Notes: a model not told the origin generated them from the sequence alone. A stretch of DNA of 64,000 bases from Octopus vulgaris (GCA_951406725.2 OX597825.1:31124001-31188000), one strand, 5' to 3'. Shown: positions 51,566-64,000, numbered from the stretch's first letter. Made by a program: numbers and translations.

Positions 51566-51783
51566 TGAGGGGATGCTGAAAAGTTTATGACTTTAAGGGT
51601 ATGGTGAAAGGCCTGGTTGGAGGCCTAACCTTTTCAGTTCTTTTACAGTGCTTAAGAATACTGAAGGACTGCAGCAATAAGTGTGTGAATTTGAGAGGGG
51701 AGTATGTTGAATAAAACCATAATTAACTGATCCTCCTGAACTTTATTTTTACCCAAAGCCAGGAACTTTTTGGCACCCCCTCA
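51566..51783 (+). mobile_element. Mariner-derived MITE with TA TSD
   Basis: TA|TGAGGGGATGCTGAAAAGTT ... AACTTTTTGGCACCCCCTCA|TA. It retains the mariner C-terminal remnant NKCVNLRGEYVE*. Confidence 0.88.
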
Positions 51784-52284
51784 TATAAATAAATATAATA
51801 TTATATGCATGTGTATGTTTAAAGTTCCTATTAAAGTTCAGAAAGTATAATCGATGAGTTAGAACTCCATATGCTCCATTCTGCTTTGATGATCATAGGG
51901 CATGGATAATTAGTTTACGACAGAAGAAGAGAGTGTAGAATGATTAACTTATAACATCCTTAGATGTGTTTCACTAGCAGTTATATAACTATTGCATAGA
52001 ATAAATTTTTAATGTAACTCACTTCAGAAGAGTTATAATGCTTGTGAAGAGGTGACTTATGTGTAAAAAAAAAAACAATTCCAGCAGTTCTCTACTAACT
52101 CATGGTACCTTACTTTCTTCCTCTTTCCTCCATCTTCTTCTCACAAAGCACAAAGTTGTTTTAGTAAATCCCTCTCAATTTTTTAAATGGTATATTTCAT
52201 GGCGAATGTGGCTACCTATGAGTATATATAAAAATAAACATAAAAAGTGATAAGTTCATATCACCTAGCTTACTGCAGCTACTG

Positions 52285-52316
<32 letters not shown>

Positions 52317-52447
52317 ACTACTGCTGCTGCTAATAATGATGATGATGATGATGATGATGATGATGGCAGTGATGATGATGATGATGATGATGGTAGAGGG
52401 AAGAACAACATTGCTAATGAAAGACTGGTCAAAGGGTAATGAGGTTG

Positions 52448-54375
52448 TCAATTACTGAACCATTGCTTGTCTTAACCCCCTATGGAAAGTATTAACAGGT
52501 ACCCTCGCAGGGAAAATATATACGTTCCTTGCAGAAAACAATCTACTGCCAGTAGAATAAAAGAGATGCTGAAAAGGATCTAAGGGCACCAAGGACTGCC
52601 TTGTGATAGACAAGGATATAATGAAGAACTGTAAACGGTACCAAAAAAACTTATGCCAGGCCTGGATAAACTTCTAAAAGGTTTACATCATGTACCGCAT
52701 TCATGGATTTTGGAAACCCTTGACATGTGTGGAATAGCTGAGAATGTGTGTGCATGATTAAGAACAGCATGCCTAGTTGGAAAACACATTTTTCCTGTAA
52801 CACCTGGCAATTAGCCAAGGTGACAATCAAAAAAGGTATCTTCCAAAGAGACTCTTGTTCACCTCTATTATTTATTATAGCCTTGATCCCACTTTCTGTA
52901 GTCCTACGCAAAATCAATGTGCACTATGAATTGAGAAAGAACGGACCTCATCTCAACAACCTTCTCTTCATTGATGATTTAAAACTGTTCGCAAAAACAG
53001 AGCCTGAAATGGAGAGGCTGGTTGAGACTGTGCAAATGTGCAGCAAGGACATATGGATGTAATTCGGTGTATCGAAGTGTGCAGTGCTTACTTTGAAGCA
53101 GGGGAAAAGAGTAAATTGTAGGAGCATAGAATTGCTAAACAGAGAGAGAATGGAAGACCAAGATGATGATGGGTACAAATAACCTCAGGATCCTGGAGCT
53201 GGACAATATCTTGCACAAAGAAATGAAAGACAAGGTCATCACTGCATATTTCAAGCACCTCAAATCAAAACTCAACTCAAGGAATCTTGTGACTGCTGTC
53301 AACATATGGGCTGTTGCTGTAGTTCGCTACTCTGCACCCATCTTGAAATGGACACAAGTGGAGATTGACCAACTCGATTGCACAACCCGAAAGACAATGA
53401 CAATGCATGGTGTGCTCTACCTTACAGCAAATGAACACAGGCTCTACATGAAGAGAGTTAAAGGAGGATGTGGGCTGATTAGCGTACGGAAATGCATCAA
53501 CAGTGAAAGAAGAAACATGGCAGAACATTTGGTAAACAGCAAATAAGACCTGATACAGTATGTTGCTAGTGCAGAAGAAGTTAACAAAAATGGACTTGAG
53601 AGTGCTCATGAATTCCAATCAAGAACAGCCAACAAGAGAGAAGAAACCCTACTCCACATGGAATTACAACATCAGTTCCACCGTGAAACCCACAAATTAA
53701 AGGACCAAGGAGCTTCATGGTGGTGGCTCAACAAGGGTGACCTGAAAAAGAATACTGAAAGCCTAATCATTGCTGCCCAGAACCAGGCATTGATAACCAA
53801 CTCAGTGAAAAAGAATATATGCCACACAAATGCAATGGACCTTTACAGAATGTGTGGGAAGAGGGTCAAAAGTGTTACTCAAATTGTTAGTGCTTGTGAA
53901 AATCTCGCACAGAAAGCGTACAAGTGTAGACATGACAAGGTAGCCCAAAGCCTCCACTGGCTACTATGCCTTAAGTATGGATATGAGGTTATGGGTTCTT
54001 AGTACCAACATACACTGGAAAAGGTAATGGACAAAAAGGGGAAGGTAAAAAATCCGCTGCGGCTTTGACTTTCAGATAGACAAGATGTTAGAGCACCGAA
54101 GGCTGGATATAGTAACCTTTAGGAAGGACAAACAAGAGTGTCTAATAATTGATGTGACAATTCCAGGAGATCAACATATCACCATGAAAGAAAGAGAAAA
54201 GGTTGATAAATGAGATCGCTAAGATGTGGCAGCTACAAGAGTCAAACATAAAGGTTATCCCTATTGTCATCAGAGTATTGAGTTCAATACTACCCAATTT
54301 GAAAAAAAACATTTGAAAACCTTAGAAATACCCTACAATCTAAATGTATTGCAAAAGTTGGCATTACTTGAAACT
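52448..54375 (+). mobile_element. Decayed Dong/R4-clade LINE (RT through REL endonuclease)
   Basis: NY.TIACLNPLWKVLTG, KKGIFQRDSCSPLLFIIALIPLS, LNNLLFIDDLKLFAK, AVNIWAVAVVRYSA, TESLIIAAQNQALITN, RMCG...QIVSAC..LAQKAYKCRHDKVA. Multiple stops are present. Confidence 0.92.
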
Positions 54376-54455
54376 ATCCTTTTCAAGCCTTGTGGGGCTG
54401 CCAGCTTACTTACCAATGAGCCAAATATGTGTGTGTGTGTGTGTGTGCATAAATA

Positions 54456-54506
<51 letters not shown>

Positions 54507-54521
54507 GTATATATATATACA

Positions 54522-55499
54522 TGGAGCCTCACTAGATCCTGAGTAAGGATTCCTAAATATAGTGCTTAGAATCAGCTCTGAGAACCTTTATGGAATGTGC
54601 GTGTGTGTATACATATACTATGTATATATGTATGTACATGTTTATATATACATATGTATGAATCTATATGTAAAGACACAGACAGCATTCTGTATGTCAA
54701 ACTTAATGTAGATATACAGCTGAAAGCCTGCAAGTATTTATTTTAAGAAAAATACCTCATATAGATGTGTAGTGTCACACAAACACAGAAATGTATGAGT
54801 AGCCGATGAAAAGGGCCTAGCAGCAGTGGTGGGATTATGAAATATGCATTTCTGCTTCTTTGAGCATCATCAGTAGCAAGACAGACATCCTTTCAGTTTC
54901 TACCAAAGTGCTGTGAAAGAGGACTGAACCTGAAGTCACAGGATTATCAAACAACTCATCTGATAAATGCAGAACAAAAATATCTGAAAATATATTTTGC
55001 AAAGCCTTTGCCAATGCTCTTAATTTTTTGATATTAACTTTCTTTTACTCACACCAAGTATTTTTGTAACATCTTTGTATATGATTTGCATTTTATTGTA
55101 TGAACAAATGTACCCTGGTGGCAAATAAAATGAAAGAATTATTATTATTATTTTCATTTTACCCAAACATAAATGTCTTCTTTATCTCCATAATAAAAAG
55201 AGAAACAAATTTTTTTTTTCCTCTTCTACTTATCTTTCCATTTTTCTTCTCTTTACTTTCTCCCTTTTCTTCTTTTCCATTATCTAATCCTTTTTCTCTT
55301 CTTCCTTTCTTTCGCCTCCTTCTTTTTTTTCTTTTACTTCTCCCTACTATTTTTCCTTTCACGTCTATTTTCCTATTCTAATTTCTTCTTCTACATCGTT
55401 TTCTCCTTATATGAAACCGAACGTTCCATAAAAGTTCTCACAGAGCTGATTCTAAACACTATATTTAGCAATCCTTAGTCAAGATCTAGTTAGGCTCCA
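54522..55499. repeat. Pair of ~78-bp inverted repeats about 820 bp apart (possible MITE ends)
   Basis: 54522-54598 (TGGAGCCTCACTAGATCCTGAGTAAGGATT...) matches 55421-55499 (...AATCCTTAGTCAAGATCTAGTTAGGCTCCA) in reverse complement. No clear TSD. Confidence 0.75.
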
Positions 55500-55585
55500 A
55501 GAAACACAAAATACTACTACCACAAATAAAAAACAATTATATTTTTTTATTGGCCATGAGGGCCCAAGATATAAGGGACAGTAGC

Positions 55586-55640
<55 letters not shown>

Positions 55641-55666
55641 TTAATAATAATAATAATATTAATAAT

Positions 55667-55724
<58 letters not shown>

Positions 55725-55728
55725 TAAT

Positions 55729-55798
<70 letters not shown>

Positions 55799-56008
55799 TT
55801 AATAATAGAAATAATAATAAGAAGAATAGAAGGTGGAAAAGCTATCGGACAGACTCACATTCGAAGCATTTGAAGCTGTTATTTTCAACAGGAGGAACAA
55901 GGGTATACATTATCGAGTATATTTCCTTTATCGGCTCAGATTACTTATTGATTGGAAAAGTTCAAGGATAAGTCAAACAGTAAAAGACAAAACAATATTA
56001 TTATTTTT

Positions 56009-56058
<50 letters not shown>

Positions 56059-56067
56059 TATTATTAC

Positions 56068-56099
<32 letters not shown>

Positions 56100-56143
56100 G
56101 TGTTGCTGTTATTACATATCATATATTATCATTATTATTATTA

Positions 56144-56178
<35 letters not shown>

Positions 56179-56658
56179 TTTTCCTTCTTTCTTAAAATCA
56201 TTATTATTATTATCATTATTATCATTATTATTATTATTATTCATGTTGTTGCTATATATTATATATTATTATTATTAGTAGTAGTAGTAGTGGTGGTGGT
56301 GGTGGTGGTAGTAGTAGTAGTAGTATGTAGGCAGGTTTTTTTCTGGAGTTTTATTGTTGTATTTTTTAACTGCAACTGTTATTTTAATTTATATTTTTTT
56401 GTCTTTTTTCTGTCTTTCTTTTTCTGAGACACTGCAGCAAATTGTAGGTTTTGAGTAAAGTTACAGATATAGATTTACACACACACACACACACACACAC
56501 AGAAGCACACACATATATATGCATGAATGTATAGGTATGATGATATACATGTGTGTGTGTGCATGTTTGAATGTGCATACTGAACACAGAGACACACACA
56601 CACACACACATGCACGCACACACACTTACAAATACACACACACACACTTACAAATACA

Positions 56659-56695
<37 letters not shown>

Positions 56696-56843
56696 ACACA
56701 CAAGTAATGTTTAACTGAATTAAATCTGAGTAAATGATTGCAATGAAAGAATTGTTTAAGATGTGAGTTGAAGAGTATCATGACTGGAAATATTTTGAAG
56801 CCCTTTTCAGGGTTTGAAAATAAATAACAAAAAACAATGAGTA

Positions 56844-56879
<36 letters not shown>

Positions 56880-56886
<7 letters not shown>

Positions 56887-57180
56887 GTTTAACGTCCGCT
56901 TTCCATGCTAGCATGGGTTGGACGATTTGACTGAGATCTGGCGAACCAGATGGCTGCACCAGGCTCCAGTCTGATCTGGCAGAATTTCTACAGCTGGATG
57001 CCCTCCCTAATGCCAACCACTCCAAGAGTGTAGTGGGTGCTTTTACATACCACCAGCACGAGAACCAGTCAGGCAGTACTGGAAATGGCCATGCTCAAAT
57101 GGTGCTTTGTTATGTGCCACCTGCACAGGAGCCAGTCCAGAGGCACTAGCAACGACATTTCTCGAATGTTTTTTCATGTG
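56880..57180 (-). mobile_element. RTE-tailed non-autonomous retroposon copy
   Basis: (CAT)n CGTTTAACGTCCGCTTTCCATGCTAGCATGGGTTGGACG; same family as 7820-8222. Other copies lie at 44065-44195, 59646-59776 and 63655-63902. Confidence 0.82.
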
Positions 57181-57439
57181 CAATGGTGTAATAATCCTTT
57201 CTATTCTAGGTATAAGGTGTGAAATTATGGGGGTAGGGTCCAGTCGATTACATCATCCCAAGTGTTCAACTGAGCTCAATTTATCAACCCTGAAAGGATA
57301 AAATACAAAGTCAAAGTTGCTGGCATTTTGAATCAGTGCATAAAGATAGATGAAAAGTTACTGAGCATTTGGTCCCAGAACATAATGCATAGTGGCATTT
57401 TGTCTAGCATGCCAATATTCTACCTCCTTTTAACCTTTA

Positions 57440-57990
57440 TGATGCAGTACCAGGCAGTGATTCGCAAGGATTCTCGTTTTATCTGATTAGAAGTGTTATC
57501 ATGTACATTGTTTTGTCTTGGTATAAAAGACGAGCCACAGCAAATATTCTGCTCAATACCACAGATTTGCTTGTCAGTTGTTTGACCTTAACCAGTTGAG
57601 CATGTCCCTGAGTGGCTGACGATATGTGCATCTCTGATCATGAGCAGAAGTAGTAGGGAAGCATCATAGTCATGTGTTGAGAAGAATTCTTTGGGGTTTG
57701 GATAATTCACCTCTGGAAACACAAGTGTTTTCTTCAACACCCTTAAACAACCTTTATTCAGGGAGCTTTTGAGCGGGATGGGTTACTCGACCAGAAGAAC
57801 TTCTAAGTGGGTCCCACCTATAAGGTCATGCACTATTAATCTTGATATATGATCATCATGTCGTGCACATATGGTTGTGATGCATGTGCCTGGAGTACCC
57901 TTATCAGACGGGTAGTCAGGATGGCTATACTGGGCTTCGTATATTTTACCCCAGTGTCACTTTGATAGCATGCATTGTTCTCTCACTCAA
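57440..57990 (+). mobile_element. Family D non-coding retroposon, sense copy
   Basis: TGATGCAGTACCAGGCAGTG ... GCATGCATTGTTCTCTCACTC, followed by (TAC)n(TAA)n. Confidence 0.82.
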
Positions 57991-58014
57991 TACTACTACT
58001 ACTACTACTACTAC

Positions 58015-58047
<33 letters not shown>

Positions 58048-58051
58048 TAAA

Positions 58052-59097
58052 CACGAGCAAAACAAAAAACTGTTCTCAGTATTTAAGGAAGCTGACAAAT
58101 ACAAACAAGAAATCATACCACCTAATAAACACAAAGAAGAAGAAGAAGATGATGAAGAAACAACAAAAGCTATAAAACAAATGAAATCCAAACTAAAAAT
58201 AGAACAGCAATGAGCCATGATAAAACGATGGCAAGAAAAGCCCCTTCATGGTAAATACTGCACTAAACTAAACGCAAAAGAAATAGACAAAGAAAAATCC
58301 CAGCAATGGTTGAGAAGCTCAGGACTCAAAGCAGAAACAGAGGGATTTTTAATTGCAGCACAAGACCAAAGCCTCCCCACCAGAAATTACCAAAAACATG
58401 TAATGAAAAGAAATATTACAAGTAACTGCAGAATATGTGGAGATGGACAAGAAACAATAAATCATATTATCTCTAGCTGCCCAGTCCTGGCTAAGAAGGA
58501 ATATATTCACAGACATGACAGAGTTGGAACCTACATACATTGGAAGCTATGCCAACATTATGGAATAACAACAGAAAAAAGATGGTATAGGCACACACCA
58601 GAAAAGGTCACAGAAAACGAGAAAGCAACCATACTCTGGGATATGCCGATACACACAGATAGAGAAATTAAGGCCAACAGACCAGATATAGTTGTCAGAG
58701 ATCATGAAGAAAAAAATGGCTTTCTAATTGATGTATCAATACCGGCAGATGACAACGTGTCTCTAAAAGAAATGGAGAAACTCTCAAAATACAAAGACCT
58801 GGAAATAGAGGTAACTAGAATGTGGAACCTGAAAACAGAAACAATTCCTATCATAGTAGGTGCATTAGGCATGATAAAAAAATATTCAGACAAATACATA
58901 ACAAAAACACCAGGACTTACAAACACATATAACATACAGAAAATTGCACTACTAGGCACTGCACACATCCTACGCAGAACACTTTCCATACAATAACCAT
59001 CAGAGCATCACAACAAATCACAGCACATACCCAAGGCACACAGAGCTGCGCTCGGTAGTGAAGTGAAAGCACGATATAAAAATAAAACTACTGAATA
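58052..59097 (+). mobile_element. Young 5'-truncated Dong/R4-clade LINE
   Basis: The frame is open from about 58052 except for one TGA at 58211-58213; a short 3' UTR is followed by (TAA)n; (TAA)n flanks both sides. Confidence 0.92.
58217..58996 (+). CDS. Retrotransposon C-terminal ORF: CCHC zinc knuckle plus restriction-like (PD-(D/E)xK) endonuclease
   Basis: CRICGDGQETINHIISSC, YIHRHD, ILWDMPIHTDREIKANRPDIVV...LIDVSIP...EKLSKYKDL. Uninterrupted 259 aa; probably not an independently expressed gene. Confidence 0.85.
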   Translation: MIKRWQEKPLHGKYCTKLNAKEIDKEKSQQWLRSSGLKAETEGFLIAAQDQSLPTRNYQKHVMKRNITSNCRICGDGQETINHIISSCPVLAKKEYIHRHDRVGTYIHWKLCQHYGITTEKRWYRHTPEKVTENEKATILWDMPIHTDREIKANRPDIVVRDHEEKNGFLIDVSIPADDNVSLKEMEKLSKYKDLEIEVTRMWNLKTETIPIIVGALGMIKKYSDKYITKTPGLTNTYNIQKIALLGTAHILRRTLSIQ

Positions 59098-59111
59098 ATA
59101 ATAATAATAAT

Positions 59112-59592
59112 GTGCCAGAAAGAGGGATTTGAAGCCGGACACACATAGTAGAATCATCAAGTTGAAAGAGTACTGGGGTCAGAGAAATGCAGGATTTTGT
59201 GGGACTTTCCTATTCAAACAGACAAGAAATTAGAAAATAATAGACCAGACACAGCAATTATAGATAAGGAAAAGTGAAGTTGCTTACTAATCAGCCCATC
59301 ATGGCCATTTGATTCTGGGATCATAAAGAAAGAGGTTGAAAAACAAAAGAAAATACAAATCCTTAAAATTGTAAATAGGGAGAATTTGAGGTATGAAAAC
59401 AGTAAAGGTCATGTGTGTAATAATTGGTGCCTCCTGCAGAAAGTTTTTTCTCTTAGGGACCGCAAGGACTATCAGAAGGGTTCTGAGAACTTGAAAGACA
59501 GCTGAAAACTTATGGATACCTAAGGTTAAAGTTAGTAACTCACTACCCACATAAACCCTACCAGGAATAAGACTGAACCTAGGCCAAACCAA

Positions 59593-59595
<3 letters not shown>
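59112..59595 (+). mobile_element. Decayed Dong/R4 3' fragment (different family)
   Basis: RILWDFPIQTDKKLENNRPDTAIIDKEK and LGTARTIRRVL; followed by (TAA)n. Confidence 0.82.
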
Positions 59596-59646
<51 letters not shown>

Positions 59647-59774
59647 CGTTTAGCTTCCGCTTTCCATGCTAGCATGGGTTGGACGGTTCAACTGGGGTCT
59701 GGGAAGCCAGAAGGCTGCACCAGGCCCAGTCTGACCTGTCAATGTTTCTACGGCTGGATGGCCTTCCTAACACC

Positions 59775-59821
<47 letters not shown>

Positions 59822-59856
59822 TGATGATGATGATGAGGAGGAGGAGGAGGAGGAGG

Positions 59857-60482
59857 CATAATAACATGGCTAAGTTAGTCCGCTGGTGACTATGTGAAAA
59901 GTACAGCCTGAACAGAACACAGAAATGGTACAAACATGAACCAGAAGGAACCCCCAAGAACAATGAATATGTGATACTGTGGGATTTTATAATCTAACGT
60001 GACCCTTAACCAACGCTCTGAGACCAGATATTGTTGTGGTAGATAAAGGAAAAAAGGAAACCAAGATTATAGATATTGCAAAACCTGGGGATGCATGCAT
60101 AGGTGACAAAGAATTAGAAAAGATGGAAAAGTACAGACTACTAAAAGATGAAATTGCAAGAATGTGGACTATGAGGAGAGTGTCTGTTATTCCAGTAGTT
60201 GTGGGGGTACTCAGAGCACTAACAACCAAGTTCGAGAAATATGTCAGAGAAATCGGAATTGGTATGAGAGCAGATCAAACCCAAAAAACTGCTTTGCTGG
60301 GGACAGCTAGGATTTTGTGACTGATACTTGGGTTTTGAATATCTTCCAGATTATTTAACATCCAATTATGAAAACTTATAATGTGCAGAAAGAGACCCTG
60401 TGAGACCTCTGACAACAGGCTGCTGTGTGCTCTCACAGAATCGACCAGAGCAAATACGACCGAGTGCTCTGAGAAGTAAAAC
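59857..60482 (+). mobile_element. Decayed Dong/R4 3' fragment (third family)
   Basis: RHNNMAKLVRW*LCEKY, RPDIVVVDK, KELEKMEKYRLLKDEIARMW and QKTALLGTARIL; followed by (TAA)n. Confidence 0.85.
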
Positions 60483-60520
60483 AATAATAATAATAATTAC
60501 ATTTATGAAACAATAATAAC

Positions 60521-60581
<61 letters not shown>

Positions 60582-60880
60582 GTTTCAAATTTTGCCCCAA
60601 GGGAAGCAATTTTAATGGAGGGGATGAGTTGATTACATCGACCCCAGTGTTCAACTGGTACTTAATTTATCGGCCCCAAAAGGATGAAAGACAAAGTCGA
60701 CTTCAGCGGAATAATAATAATAAGAATAGTAATCCTTTCAACTATAGGCACAAGGCTTGAAAACTTGAGGAACTGGGATAACCAATCATATCATTTCCAG
60801 TGCTTAACTGGTTCTTATTTCGTTGACCTTGAAAGGATGAACAGCAAAGTCAATCTTGGCAGTATCTGAACTCAGAACAT
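60582..60880 (-). mobile_element. Two truncated Nin/Deu-domain SINE copies
   Basis: AACTGGTACTTAATTTATCGGCCCCAAAAGGATGAAAGACAAAGTCGAC and a second diverged block at 60733-60880. Confidence 0.75.
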
Positions 60881-60894
60881 TAAGCCAACAAGGG

Positions 60895-61478
60895 AACTCC
60901 TCAACCTGCTGGCTAGAAACAGCTACCAAATAACCTTGAGATTACCTTCTACCATTCTATAAAGAGAATGACACATTGAATAATATGGTGCCAGATAAAC
61001 AATGAGTGGCTTAATGATCATAGCTGGAATGCATTTAATCTTAAGTCTGCTCAGTCATAATTGGTTTGGGGTTAATCAACAATAACAACAGCAACAACCC
61101 GACAATACACCAGAAAATAAGATGTAGTGGTCATGTATGGAACATTGTTGACCGTAGGTTGGCTCAATCAGAGCTGACCTGAGGTTAAATAACATCGACT
61201 GAACATTGTTCACAAGAATAAGATGAGGTGGCCATGGCAGGAACATTCTGATATGGAGTTAAACAACAACAAAAACTCAACAGTATTCTTCAAAACCAGA
61301 GATGGTCATGGCTGGATCATTACTGATCAAAGGACTTCTCAAACACTGTTGACATGGGGCTAAACAATAACAAAGACAAACAACTCAGCACTGTTGATGG
61401 AAATAAGATGAGATGGTCATGGATGGAACACCACTGAAATAGGTTTACTTAATCAGGGCTCACCACGGATTAAACAAC
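60895..61478 (+). repeat. SINE-like 3' region followed by tandem reiterations of its tail
   Basis: The motif ATGGTCATGGCTGGAA...ATAGG...CAATCAGRGCTGACC.GGGG.TAAACAAC recurs five times with degenerate spacing. Single copies occur near 1128, 18815 and 49670. Confidence 0.65.
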
Positions 61479-62179
61479 TTAGAAAAAAGATTTGGGAAAA
61501 ATCAAATGGATTCACAATGAGTAGCTGTAATGTAAAGCTGTGGAAGAATTGAGTCCTGCTTCCAAGAATGACAGACCAAATGTCAAAAGGAATCTAGGAT
61601 ACAGAAGACCTAGAACTGCTAGTCAAAGAGGCTTTTATTGAAAAATGCACAAAGACAGCCCCATTCAACCACACACACATACACTACTTTCTTTTTGCTG
61701 CATGCATTATATTGACACAAGCTTGTGTGTCATTTATGACAGAGTATGTGTGTGTGTGTGTGTGTTTATTTATAGAGTAAAATATGAATGGACGATTGTA
61801 AGAGCACACTGTTTTATTTATGTTCTCTTGCAGATATATTTGAATATGATGTTCTAAACATAATGAAAACCATGAAATTTCTGAAACACAACCTTCAAAT
61901 ACCAACAGAAGCTGCAGGAGGAACATAAAAAACAATAAATTCTTTCCAACCACGTGTTCGTCTTTGTGGACAGAACAAAACTAGTTTATATGAGGTGAGT
62001 AAGAAGCCATAATACCTTGCTATATAATAGCATAACAGAAATTTATGAAAAATCCCACAACAATGTATAAAACAGTGTTGATATACACAAGCAAAACCAA
62101 CAACTGTACTCAGCACGCACAACATAGCCAACTAAAATGCATACAATACTCTCAAAGAGTCTGTTCTTCCTAAGTAGTG

Positions 62180-62323
62180 ACACAGGCGTGATTGTGTGGT
62201 TAAGAAGTTCACTTTAAAATCATGTGGTTGCAGGTTCAGTCCCACTGCATGGCACCTCAGGCAAGTGCTTTGTACTATAGCCTCAAGCACACTGACAACC
62301 AATGGTGTGTGTGTGTGTATGTA

Positions 62324-62379
<56 letters not shown>

Positions 62380-62842
62380 TGTGTGTGTACGTGTGTGTGT
62401 GTGTGTTTATGTGTGTGTTTGTCCCCCAACACTGCTTGTTAACCAGTGCTGCTTTGTTCTTGTCCTGGTAACTTAGTGGTTTCACAAAAGAAACCGATAG
62501 AATAAATACCAGATTTTAAAATAAGCAGTGGTGTTGATTTGTTTGATTAACCCTTTCGTTACCAACCCGGCTAAAACCGGCTCTGGCTCTGTAGTACAAA
62601 TGTCTTGTTTTCATAAGTTTCGAATTAAAATCTTCCACCAAACCTTAGTCCCAATTTATATTCTTAACACTAACTTAATGATAACTAAGTTATTTATTTT
62701 ACTAAATTCTTCAAATTCTTTAAAATAATTGAAAGAAACACAGAACATCTCAAAATAAATACAGTAATGAAAGGGTTAAACACTTCAAGACTATGCCCCA
62801 GCATGGCCACAGTCAAATGAGAGAAACAAGTAAACGACAAAA
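62180..62842 (+). mobile_element. Family A SINE interrupted by a piggyBac MITE
   Basis: Head CACAGGCGTGATTGTGTGGTTAAG; 3' end CCCCAGCATGGCCACAGTCAAATGA...AAACAAGTAAA. Confidence 0.85.
62551..62775. mobile_element. piggyBac-type MITE
   Basis: TTAA|CCCTTTCGTTAC ... GTAATGAAAGGG|TTAA (12-bp TIR, 1 mismatch). Confidence 0.92.
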
Positions 62843-63654
62843 GATAATTACCATAAGCTTTTACAGGGACAGTGGCCTAATGATCTCAATTTGCTGAAGG
62901 AAACAAACTGCACCCCCTTTCGTAAAAACTCAACCTGGAGATAACAGTAGCAACAAATCTGGTATTTGTCAAATGCTTGGATACAGGAATGAATCAAATC
63001 CCAGTTTGCTATGAATACTGTATAAAATAAAACAACCAATCTTTGTCTATGCTTTCAGGATCCCATTAATTATCCAAATGTTCATAGCAATAAGGAACTA
63101 CATAAACAGCTTCTCTTCTGGTGACTTTCAGAGGGCCAAGGATAGCACTCACAAACATTAGGGTTCATAACAAAACCACATCACATAAAGCAACCATGGA
63201 AATGAAAATGGAAAACAAATTTGGTATAAATGTTGATATAAAACCTTGTGCGATGAAGGTGAAGAATTAGGCAAAATATGCAAAATGATATTCGTAAATG
63301 AAAACAGAGAGAAACAAGATTTTATTAGAAAATGAAAGACTGTAAAAATTGTTAAAAGAGTATATATTTCAGGGAAAGTTCCCCCTTTTGACAAAAATAT
63401 TATAACAAAATATTATACAGGCTTTAAACAACCTACCTAAAGAGAAAATAATTTTCAATAGGAGATAAGTATGATCTGGTTCAACCTACTTTTCATCGAG
63501 AACACACACACACACACATAGATGTACATACACACACATACATATACATATATGTACAGAGATAGAGAGAGGGAGAGAAAGAAGGAGATTTAAATAGATG
63601 TAAATATAGATGCACACATGTAAATATATATCTATCATCATCATCATCATCATC

Positions 63655-63902
63655 ATCATTTAGCGTCCGCTTTCCATGCTAGCATGGGTTGGACGGTTCA
63701 ACTGGGGTCTGTGAAGCCAGAAGGCTGCATCAGGCCCAGTCTGATCTGGCAGTGTTTCTACGGCTGGATGCCCTTCCTAACGCCAACCACAGGTGCCAAA
63801 CGGAGCTGGCAAACGGCCACGAACGGATGGTGCTTTTACGTGCCACCGGCACGGGGGCCAGGCGAGGCTGGCAACGGACATGAACGGATGGTGCTTTTAA
63901 GC
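63655..63902 (-). mobile_element. RTE-tailed non-autonomous retroposon copy
   Basis: (CAT)n TTAGCGTCCGCTTTCCATGCTAGCATGGG...GTGCTTTTACGTGCCACCGGCAC. Confidence 0.82.
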
Positions 63903-63934
63903 ATAAATATGTAAATATGCATATATATACATAC

Positions 63935-63979
<45 letters not shown>

Positions 63980-64000
63980 CATATTTCTGAGTACCTCATT

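Noticed and set aside
63059-63120. Possible + strand exon (CTTTCAG|GATCCC...CTG|GTGACT; DPINYPNVHSNKELHKQLLF)
   Set aside because: It is short, has a weak donor site, no recognisable homology and no partner exons; RNA-seq would be needed.

Overview
This window is AT-rich, microsatellite-dense eukaryotic intronic or intergenic DNA. The repeat content (tRNA-derived and Nin/Deu-domain SINEs, Dong/R4, RTE, Tx1 and Penelope retroelements, abundant (TA)n, (CA)n and (TAA)n) fits a coleoid cephalopod, most likely Octopus; that assignment is an inference. I could not support any host protein-coding gene: almost all listed ORFs are translations of simple repeats or decayed retrotransposons. The main finding is a very young, non-coding unit of about 535 nt at 11293-12093. 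It carries an intact type I hammerhead ribozyme and an inverted partial copy that spans the unit's tail-to-head junction, which points to a circular or tandem RNA template (retrozyme or Penelope pLTR-like). Other highlights: a decayed Penelope GIY-YIG element with a degenerate hammerhead, two locally templated insertions with snap-back palindromes at their junctions, a stack of (TAA)n-targeting Dong/R4 elements including an intact endonuclease ORF, and several MITEs, Helitron-type elements, long hairpins and minisatellites. Boundaries of decayed elements are approximate, and family names come from motif recognition, not database searches.
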